Source: Candidatus Saccharimonadota bacterium
Lineage (GTDB): Bacteria > Patescibacteriota > Gracilibacteria > BD1-5 > UBA2023
Direction: 5' to 3'
Assembly (NCBI GenBank): GCA_042852035.1
Contig: BAAFHK010000001.1
Span: 270,001 to 302,000 of the forward strand
DNA length: 32,000 nucleotides
A program made the position numbers and the translations under genes. The notes under the pieces were generated by a model. The model did no database searches. It was not told the origin of the DNA and worked only from the letters and a program-made list of their open reading frames with translations. Below are positions 1 to 9,718 of the stretch, in pieces. How positions within the stretch are numbered: position 1 is the first letter of the stretch; every line of letters starts with the position of its first letter.

Positions 1-894
1 TCAGATACTGATAATGACGGATATGCTGACGGACTTGAGATAGAAAAGTCCTGGAATCCGCTTTCCCAAGAACTCTCTCCGGGACAGTATCCTTATGAAA
101 AAACAGAGGAACCAAGAGAAATTCCTCTCTCGTCTCAAGAGAGTTTTCATCCACAAAATAATAATCTTCTCCAAGATAGTGGTGTCTGGTGATCGGAATT
201 ATTTCATGAAGTACTGAGAAAGATTCGAATCTATATTGATGATGGAGAGAGTCCAATTTCTATTTTCCTTCTCTTAGTTTCTGTTGTGATTCTTTGATTC
301 TTTCATGCCCTTGGACCATGACATTCCAAATGAGTATTGGTATCGCAAATTATCAATGAAGATATGAGCTATATTCGTAGTATATTTTACTGTTGAGTTT
401 TTACTTTTGTACACCTTTTGGATATCGTAATTGTCGTTATACTCTCAAAATTCCTTTTTTCTTATATTGATTCGAGTGTATACCTTTCATATATTGCTCG
501 CTTGAGTACGGTACTTATTTTCTGAATTTCATTCTATTTGCTCTATCGTTCTGTCTCGAAATATTTTGTGAAAAATAGAAATTTATGAATAAATAACTCC
601 ACCCACCAGAAGGGCTCTATATTTCTTGCTATAATTACTGGTCTCACTCCATGCGCTTTTTGATGGAGTATTTTTCTTATGCTCTTTGCTCTCAAAAAAA
701 TTAATCTAGCACTCCCAATCCTTTCTGCTCTTGGTTTAGGTATTTTTCTCTGTCTCCTGAGTATTGCTACAGTAACCTGGTATTCGAGATCAAAAATATA
801 TAGTTTCTCTCCAAAAATTTCTCAGATATCACCAATTATTTCTTCCGTATTTCTCTTATTCATTGGATCAGGCCTTTTACTACAAAATTTTTAA
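1..894 (+). CDS. RcnA/NicO-family metal (Ni/Co) efflux-like membrane protein with hydrophilic N-terminal extension; 5' end outside window
   Basis: Frame 1 is open from base 1 to TAA 892-894 when TGA=Gly (several in-frame TGA). FFHALGPGHSKG at 298-333 matches the RcnA signature (E. coli RcnA LHGLEPGHSKT), and the Gly of PGH is a TGA. GLTPCAFG resembles RcnA GLIPCPAA. There are several hydrophobic spans. The first ~95 aa in the window are hydrophilic and carry a DTDNDGYADG Ca-binding-like motif. Confidence 0.6.
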
Positions 895-903
895 TTTTTT
901 TCT

Positions 904-3900
904 ATGAAAAAATTTCTCTCCCTTCTTCTTGTTCTCATTGTTTTAGTGTATAATACTTTTTTTATCACTTCGGCACTTCCGACAAACAATCTTTCATCAC
1001 CTTGGACGAGAGAAAAAGCAGAGCATCTTGCAAAGGCGGTCCTCTTTTCTGCAGATGCCAGGATGATAGATGATCTTTATAGTGCAGGAAGCGCAGCGCG
1101 TGCGGTCGATATTCTTTTCCCAAGTAGAGAGGGTCCTGATAGGACAGAATTTAAAAATTATCTCACTGCCTATACCTCTTCTGGATTTAATTGGGCGGAT
1201 GCAAACCACACAACAAGACTTTATCAGATTGTCTACGGAGCAGATCCCTATGAAGCGAAAAGAAAGCTTTTTTCACTATTCGAAGATATTTTTTCAGTGA
1301 ATAATGATAGCGGAAAAGATATAACTTTTAAAGATATTTCTGACTTACATACGCTCATATATGATAATATGTTTGGAGATTATCAGCTTCTAGTAAAAAA
1401 AGTTCTTTATAATAACTGATGAAGAGGGGATTACGCACTTTGAGCTTTTTTGGACCTTTTTAATCAAAATGACCCAGCCAAACCAAATGAGAACTACGCT
1501 CGTGAATTATTGCAGCTTTTTCTTATGGGGGAATATAAACCTCATGAATCAAAAGACAATGGTGATGTAAGGAATTACGAAGAATCTGATGTTCTGGCTC
1601 TTGCAAAGATACTTACTGGTCTCCGTTCTGTTCCTACAAGTCATGTTCTTTATTTTGATTCCACAAATCATTATGTTGCAAATCAGATTTCATTTTTAAC
1701 AGGTTCGATGTCTGAAACATTTCCATATTATAATACCTCTTCATGATTAATTGATCCAGTTAGTATTGTTGCTCCAGTAAATGCAAATAATTGACTTACA
1801 GATAATGTGATTGAGTATATTTTTGCTAAAAGATCAGATGCTATTGCTCTCTTTCTCGCTGATAGAATTGTACGATTTTATATTGAAGACAAGCCAAGCC
1901 GTGATAAGTTAGATTATGTGGCAGCGATTATTAAATCAAATAATTTTGATATCTATAATTCAGTAAAATCGATACTCACACTCGATATGATGTATTCAGA
2001 GACTTCGATGAATAGTATTCGATACAAAAATCCTCTTGAACTTAGTATCGGAACGATCCGATTTATGAGAAATAATGCATTTACTGGAATAATAATTGAT
2101 CCAAATCTCATAGATACGAATCTCCTTAGAAGATTGGGATGGACACCATATTTTCCAGGTAGTATTTTCGGAAGGGACTGATTTGATAATTCGATAAAAT
2201 GGTCGAGCACGAGTACGCTTTCTTCATGGATGAGTGCAACAAACATGTTTACATATCGAGTGAATGGTACTGGTGTGGTTGATTTTCTGTCCATCCTCTG
2301 AAATCAAAAAAAAGAAATTACGACGGAAGTTATCGGTGTCATGACACATGCAAATAATAGTTATTCAGGAGTACTTACTATCATTTCGTGAAGTCTTGAT
2401 CTTGGTGATCCAATAGTTACTTGAGTTTCACAGGCAAGGATTGCTCAATTTTCTTTCTTGGATGAAAACCTAAGTATCGAAGAACAAATAGTCAAAAATG
2501 GCTATCCACTCGATCCAGTTGTTGCCATAGAATGAGGAGAAAATCTCAATTTTATTACAAGTGAAATAACTTCATTTACTCCTGCGCTTCCGATACCTGA
2601 TGAGCCCTGAATGAATGAAGAAGCACCTATTCAAAGCGTTGAAATTAGCATATGAGATTCAGTGAATAACCCCTGAAATACTTGATCGGAATCCCTGATT
2701 ATTCCAGTTATAGAGTCAGAATCTATGACTGGAAGCTCCGTAATGTCTACTGAGATAGAGTCAGGGGGGACTATTAGTGGATCTGTCGAAGTTACCGAGA
2801 GGTCTAAAATTTTATCAATGGTACAAGAAGTCCAAGAAGCATCAACTGAAGTCACATGACAAAATATTTTGTCTTGAACGCTCCCAGAAGAATGAATTCC
2901 CTCATGAAGTGGAGAAGTTGTTGCCGTTTCTGAAGTATCAATACTTTCTGAAGAGAATACAAGATCTCTCTCTTGAATGACTGAAACAGGAGAGGTTATC
3001 AATACCGAACAATTAATAGGAAAGGTTGATTTTATTGATAGTACCTGATCATGAATTTGAGTCCAAACAGGGGGCATCCTCAATCTTTCTAACACGTGAA
3101 ATACGATCCCTGATTCATTATCAGGAAAGATAGATAATCTTCCTCAGTTAGAAGCCGTGACGATGGTATCGAATCTCACTGGATCAGTTACTCTCCCAAG
3201 CTTCCGAATTAACACAAATCTCTGAGCCATAACGCTTGGGAGTGGTTCATATGATGGACAAAAGAAGATCCTTACTGTTTTCTCTGGAACATTGCTCCAA
3301 GCTTCTGGTGCGATACTTCCGATATATTCATGAGTATTCCAGTTTTCTTCAGAATCTCGACTGATTGCTGATACAATCACTCCTGACATGATTATATCGA
3401 ATTATGAACAATATATTTATGGCGACTCTCGTATCCCAACTGACGCACGAGTATTTATGAGAGATTTTATTACACATGATTGAAGCGGTGCACTTATACC
3501 AGTAGCACCCTCGAATGCGGTATATTTCAATAAATATATTCGAGGACTTCTTTCGATTATGCTCTCACAGCCAGAATATGTCCTTCTTCGCTGATATGAT
3601 ATCCCTATTATAGAAAATCCGAATGAAACCAAATTTCTTGATTCCATTAAGGGAAAAATTTTCTTTATTGAACTGTATGGTGGAAATGATTACATGACGA
3701 GTATTATTCCAAAAGATGAGTATAGTACATATTTGGATTATCGATCCAATAGTTCTTGATCTATTGCTATTTCTGGGACAGGGCTTGTTGATATTGGTAA
3801 CTTTTACATGAATAGTGCTCTTGCATATGGAAATTCTGGTGCTACGGGATTCAAAGATCTCTATGATCAATGATATCTCAAAATTTTTAATAGAGTCGGT

Positions 3901-6900
3901 GGATATAAACACTCAAATGATCATGATGCAGCTGCGAAACAGATTTCATCGTATGATAGTACTACATCAGCATTTTCCGAATGAGTATTCGGGCATTTAG
4001 TAAAAAATGAACTTGAGAGTTCGCATACGATTTCTCTCGGGGCGAAGCTGCCAAATGTCTACCGTGCTGGTCACTATGTTAACCTTGGGTGAAATATCAT
4101 ACTTACAAACCCGCTCGATTCCTGAGGACAATGGAAATCGCATATGGATACGATGGTGACAATTACAAAAAATAGAGTTTATCCAGCTGATACGAGAAAC
4201 CTTTTTCAAGATGCAGGAAAAATCAGTGAAATTGGTAAGATTTCCGTTGCTCAATGATGAGCTCCAGGAGCAAGTGGAGATATGAATAGTGTCTTTAATT
4301 TTGCTAAAGTACTTATAAATAACAATATTTGAAGGACATTTTATATGTGATGAGCATGATGATATGATACTCATGGAAACCAATTTACATGACTCAATCA
4401 AAATCTTCGAACAGTGGGTAGTGCTGTTACAAAATTTTTTAATGATGTAAAAGATACGCAAGATGTAACAATCATAATCTTCTCTGAATTCGGACGTACG
4501 AATAAGACGAATGGAGATCTTGGAACTGATCATGGTGATGGAGGATGAATGTTCGTGCTCACATCGAATACTGATTTAAGGCAGCGCCTATCCGAAGGAA
4601 CGTATGGAAATATGTCTATTAAGTTTGCAAAGAATAACTCACTTGGTGTTGGTATTGATTATCGTTCGATTTATGGTTCAATTTTTCAATCCATATATTG
4701 ACTGAGTCCGATATCATATTTTGGTACGAATATTGATTTGAATCGAGATATTAGTCTCGAAAAGAGTAAGGTACAACTTCTTTCTTATTCATATCAGGCA
4801 TCATGACAAAACGTGATACTCAATGGTGAGTTTACGATATCAGGTTCTAATTATGATCCCGGAAAAGCATGATATACGAGGCTTGTTACTCATACGGGTT
4901 CTTCCAATCTAAAAATAACTCGACTGAGTGAAAAGTATACTCCAGAAGGATTTAAATATACCTTTCAAGCGAATCAAACTTCTAGCCCATATTTTACTAT
5001 TGAGTCATTCTCGAATCAGTATGCACTTTCTTCGTTTTCTGGAAATCTTGTTGATGCAACTCGGCCGATAATTCTTGGGAGTAATGTTCGTCATATTTCA
5101 CAATCCCAATCAAGTATTCTTCCAATTTTTTCAAATATTCAAGCCCCAGTGAAGCTCTCTGGGAGTGGGGTAATTCTTGAAAGTACAGGAAATACTATTG
5201 TGACACTTAGTGGAAGTTCTCTTCTTGCCCTTCATTTCGCTAGTGGTATAACACATGTTACTGATTTGACTACTACTTCATGATCTCTAGCTTGGAAATG
5301 AGGATTTATCCTTGGTGAAAAGGTAGATCGTGATTTATTTATTCCTGATAATGCTACTATAGTTTCTGAAAACAAAATTCTCCAAAGAGAATCCATCATC
5401 TCACTTATAAAAATAGGCGCAGATGTTCGTTGAATTGGTATGAATTTAAACCAACCAATTGGACTCGAGTTTCGATCACTCATTCCTAAAGAGAATTATC
5501 GTGTTCTCACAAGTCAGGATGGTATATCTTGGGATGATGTTGAATCGGGAAAAAGTTATACAGGAAGCACAAATGGGAGTATATACGTAGAGACGAGTCA
5601 TTTCTCATATTTTGCTGTAGTTCTCGCGAATGGTATTATTGAGAGTATCCCCACTTGTACAATCAGCGCAAGTCCAGTGAGCGTATTCAATTGATCAGGA
5701 ACTACGCTTTCTTGGGCTATTCAAAATACACTTACGGGTACGCTTAGCCCACTAAATAGCATCATTGGCACAGGTGGATTCCTTAATGTGATCCCCCCAA
5801 ATAATGCCACTACACGCTATACTATACAGGTATCAAATTCTGCAGGTGTGAATTCTTGTAGTGTGAGTGTTACTTCTATGGATGTACCACCACCTCCTCC
5901 TGATTCTCCATGATGTTTCATTACGGCTTCACCAACTACAGTACAAAATGGTAGTAGTTCGATAATTAGCTGGACCCTAATAAATACGCAGTCATGAGTA
6001 CTCAATCCAGGAAATCTTTCAGTAGGGATGACTTGATCGTTCTCATATACTCCTCCAGTTAATTCAAGTACAACCTTTGGTATAGATGTAAGAAATTCTA
6101 CGGGTTCATGATTTTGTAGCGTAGTAGTTAAAAGCAATACGGAAAATACAAATCCAGTGGTACCGAATGTTCCAAATATCTGACCCGGCTGACCAAGCTG
6201 ATTGCCTGATTCTAGTTCTTGTCCAATCGGACTTCACCTCTGTGATAAAAGCAACGGATTAATATCTCATCAATCTTCCCAAAGTGGGTATACTGATGTT
6301 ATCCCAGTGCAAGATAGTATTTTTGGCACAATGAATTATATAATTCAAAAATGGGAAAATTGAAGTGTACGTCTTATTTCTCCAGGACCATCAGTGCTTT
6401 CCAAGGAAATAATGAATCATCTTCAAAATGGGGTAACTTGAAAAATAACATCTCTTGGTAATGTAATAGACTACTTAAGGATGCAAAAAATCGGAAAGAA
6501 ATCTCAAACGCAGCGAGCTATAAATCGAACTATATTGGAAATCCAGACCAACTCTTCAAGATGACAAATTGCAGCTTTGCATGAAAAAACCCCAGAAGTT
6601 ACCGATTTTGAATCCAAAAATCCTGAAGTACTCAGCAGAGTTCCTATCGAATCGATGGGATTTGTACCCACAAAAGGTCAATTTTATGTTGCGGCTGAAA
6701 GCTCACTGAGGCTCCATACTACCCCAGTGGTTTCCGATCTTAACATTATCGACTATCTTCCAAGGAATACAAGAGTGGAATTACTCGAGACGAATGGGGA
6801 TTGGGCAAATGTGAAATTCGGATCACAAGAATGATATGTACGACAGTCATTTCTTCGAGAATTAAAGCTTGAAGACAGAATTCGATCATGAGAAGTAGAT

Positions 6901-7098
6901 TTTTCACTTGGTGAACATAAAAAAATAGATGTAAAGCAGAGCCTCTTTATTCGAGAAAAACAATCAACCACCTCTTCGATTCGATGAGTACTTTTTCGGG
7001 ATGATGTGGTGGTTATTCTTGATAGAGTTGGAAAGTGGGTAGAGATTCTCACGGATAAATATCACGGATTTATTAACAAAAAGTATCTCGTTGAATAA
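904..7098 (+). CDS. Giant (2,064 aa) secreted or surface protein: DUF1800-DUF1501 fusion followed by beta-rich region, two Cys-bracketed Ig-like repeats and two SH3b-like domains
   Basis: Frame 1 was checked codon by codon: there is no TAA/TAG between ATG 904 and TAA 7096-7098, and there are dozens of in-frame TGA. The N-terminus is signal-peptide-like (MKKFLSLLLVLIVLVYNTFFITSALP). DUF1800 hallmarks are NENYARELLQLFLMGEY (1486-1536) and the C-terminal SQPEYVLLRGYD (~3565-3600). DUF1501 hallmarks follow directly in frame: FFIELYGGNDYMTSIIP (~3661-3711), GGAGGYDTHGNQ (4348-4383, encoded TGA TGA GCA TGA TGA ...) and FSEFGRTNKTNGDLGTDHGDGGG (4480-4548). The repeats lie at 5650-6135 and the SH3b-like modules at ~6673-6855 and ~6931-7092. 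Confidence 0.8.
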
Positions 7099-7249
7099 GT
7101 AAATATCTCGTTATTCAAAACAACTCAAGATTCGCATTGAGAATTTATAAGATTAATATTGGAGAAGGCTCGCACACAAGTATATTGCAATGAATGCTAT
7201 CCATGTATATATTTCATACAGAATTTGATTTCTAAAAAATATAATAAAT

Positions 7250-7277
7250 TTGCTTTCCAATGCCTTTTTTATATAAT
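7250..7277 (+). promoter_or_regulatory. Putative sigma70-type promoter of rpsO
   Basis: TTGCTT (7250-7255), 16-nt spacer, TATAAT (7272-7277), ~70 nt upstream of the rpsO ATG. Confidence 0.4.
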
Positions 7278-7345
7278 TTAGCTGTCTTTCTGGTGTATTT
7301 TTCGGTAAGATTTCTTTAATTCTAAAATACTGTAACTCCAACAAT

Positions 7346-7609
7346 ATGGAACACAAAGCAAAAAAATCCCTCATGGAAAAGTATGCGACACATAAGGGTG
7401 ATACTGGTTCTCCAGAAGTTCAAATCGCAATTCTCACGTCTCGTATAGAAAACCTTAAGTCTCACCTTGAGACTCACAAGCAAGATAATCACTCTCGTCG
7501 TGGTATCGTAATGATGGTGGCAAAACGAAGAAAGCTTCTAGACTATCTTAAGAGAAAAGATGAAGCTCGCTACAACGACCTTATAGGAAAACTTGAACTC
7601 AGAAAATAA
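7346..7609 (+). CDS. rpsO: 30S ribosomal protein S15
   Basis: The 87-aa ORF contains [57 protein letters not shown], which is colinear with bacterial S15. It ends in TAA. Confidence 0.95.
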   Translation: MEHKAKKSLMEKYATHKGDTGSPEVQIAILTSRIENLKSHLETHKQDNHSRRGIVMMVAKRRKLLDYLKRKDEARYNDLIGKLELRK

Positions 7610-7615
7610 TCAAAA

Positions 7616-7645
7616 AGGATCTCCAACTGGAGGTCCTTTTTTTCT
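7616..7645 (+). terminator. Rho-independent terminator after rpsO
   Basis: AGGATCTCC (7616-7624) / loop AACT / GGAGGTCCT (7629-7637), a 9-bp stem with one G-U pair, followed by T7 (7638-7644). Confidence 0.7.
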
Positions 7646-7688
7646 TTGTCCCTATTGTTTTCTTCCTATTTTTCTTTATTATCAGTTT

Positions 7689-8210
7689 ATGATTTCCTAT
7701 TTTCTCATTGGTGTCTCCATCCTTGTGACGCTTTATGTTTGGCAGAATAAAACACTGCTTATGTATGGAATGAATTGAGACTTTCTTAAGAAAGGGGATT
7801 ATGTCTCTTTTTGGAAGCAGGTACTTGCATTCCAATTCATACATGGCGATGTTTTACATATCGTCATGAATAGTTATTTTCTCTATTCAGCATGACCAAT
7901 TATTGAGGAGATACTTTGAAGCGCTCGATATGGTGTATTTTTTATTACCTCGACACTCTTTTCAGTGGCGATGCTTTTTTTCTTTGCTTCAAGACAAAAT
8001 ACTATAGGAATATCTGGTTTTTGTATGTCAATCCTATCGTATCTCTGGATTCTACTTTATTCTTCTTGATCATCATGAACAGAAGAGATAGGAAGACTCC
8101 TTATTATTAATATTGTTATTGGATTTCTTCCTGGTATTTCACTTGTTGGACATGTCGCAGGAGCTATTTGGGGTATTCTTTTCTGGATCATAACTCGAAA
8201 CTTTATCTAA
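7689..8210 (+). CDS. Rhomboid-family intramembrane serine protease (173 aa), paralog 1
   Basis: With TGA=Gly the translation gives FIHGDVLHIVMNSYFLYSAGPIIEEILG (rhomboid HxxxxHxxxN region), GISGFCMSILSY (GxSG catalytic Ser) and GHVAGAIWG (catalytic His), plus multiple TM spans. The ATG at 7689 is the most plausible start after the rpsO terminator. Confidence 0.75.
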
Positions 8211-8226
8211 ACTAGAGTATTTTAAT

Positions 8227-8796
8227 ATGAAGATACATTCCTCAATTGCTTTTTATCCAAAAAGATATATTTCCCACTTTCTTATACTTTTATCAGTAAT
8301 AATAAGCATTTTTGGTTTTCTTATGCCAAATTTAGTGCAATTATTTTGACTTCATAGGATACAAGTTTCCTCTGATTCTCTTTTTTACGTTATTTGACAG
8401 ATTGTTTTATTTCAGTTCCTCCATGGATGATTCTTACATCTCTTTCTGAATTCTTACTTTCTTTACCAGGCATGACCAGAAATAGAATCTCGCATGCAAA
8501 GAAAAACTTTCTTTATTTTTTTCGCTTGATCTTCACTTTTTGTTGCTCTATCACTTTGGATTTTTTCGGGAAATGTTCTCACAGTTGGGATTTCTGGATT
8601 CTGTATGGCACTCCTGTCATATTTATATATGGATTTAAATCGCATCCGGCACCCGTATGCAAATCAAATTCTATTTATGCTCGTAGTAAATATTCTTATG
8701 TGACTTTATGGGAATATAAGTTTTGTTGGACATTTGAGTGGTGCTTTGTGGGGATTTCTCTGGTGGCAAATGAGGGAAAAAAGGAAGTTCCGATAA
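8227..8796 (+). CDS. Rhomboid-family intramembrane serine protease (189 aa), paralog 2
   Basis: Same motif set as paralog 1: FLHGGFLHLFLNSYFLYQAGPEIE, GISGFCMALLSY, GHLSGALWG. It starts 16 nt after paralog 1 and ends TAA 8794-8796. Confidence 0.75.
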
Positions 8797-8800
8797 GTTA

Positions 8801-9718
8801 TTAAATCTTTATCACAAGCATATTTTCGCGTTCATGAAAATTTGGAGATTCTTTCATGAGAATTGGGTAATTTTCCTTCTTTCCAGTGTAATAGAGGTGA
8901 AAATAATACTTTCTTGTTGTTTTTTTCTTCCGCAATTCCTCGAAAGATTTTTTCATCGCTAAAATATTGGAAAGTGAATCATCTGAGAATCCAATCGATA
9001 GCGGGAGATCATGCAGAAGGGTGTTTTTATAAATTTTATCTTCCACAAGAGAAAGAGCATGTTTGAGCGCGAAAACTTTTCTATCTGACATATTTTCAAC
9101 ACTATTTATATTAAGATATTTCGCTACGTGTGGATTTGATACAGGATAGTAGGACACAATCTGCTCAAAATAATATCTCAGAGCTTGATCTGGGCTTAAA
9201 ACGGTTTTGCTCTTTTGAAGTAGGGAGTAGAGATTTTGAATATTTTTTTGCTGTATTGCTTTTTCTTCTTGTGAAAGCAACATCTCATTGATAATCCAGA
9301 GAATACGAGCTAGATTATCCGGTCAATGGCCTCGACTTGTTATAATCGTCAGAAATCTTGCAGGAATAAGAAAAAGTTCTTTTAAACTCAAGAAACTTGG
9401 TGAGAGAGCTTTTTCCTTTACGGCTTGTTCAATATCTTCTTTAAGTTTATCTGGTCATCAATGCCTTGGATCGCTATGGTAGTCACGAAAGTGTATGAGT
9501 GAATCTAGTATATCATTATGCCAACGATATGGCGCTTCGGGTCATGATATAAGTTCTGGGTTTTTATCAAGGGTATGTCATGCGATTGCAACTTCTTCAC
9601 CAGACTTTCGGTCAATCACATATATTGGTGTTTCTGGCGCGAGGATATTCCCATCGAAGTCGAATGCTCCGAGGGCAATGCGTTCGTCAATGAGAAGTGA
9701 ATTGGCTAAATGTTTCAT
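8801..9718 (-). CDS. HAD-superfamily-like hydrolase (305 aa), function unknown
   Basis: ATG at 9718-9716; the frame was verified free of TAA/TAG down to TAA 8801-8803. AFDFDGNIL (~9641-9667) looks like HAD motif I (DxDG), ITSRGH like motif II, and GFSDDS like the acidic motif IV. The start overlaps the helicase stop by 13 nt (ATGAAACATTTAG). Confidence 0.5.

Noticed and set aside
2631-4533. Track ORFs antisense to the giant gene (2631-3095, 3565-3912, 3997-4533, minus strand)
   Set aside because: They lie opposite a verified long coding frame, have low-complexity or Ile/Ser/Cys-rich composition, and show no motifs. They are typical antisense artefacts of AT-rich DNA.
7153-7374. 73-aa minus-strand ORF in the region upstream of rpsO
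   Set aside because: It overlaps the rpsO start and promoter, its composition is dominated by AT-rich codons (Ile/Phe/Leu/Tyr), and there is no supporting signal.
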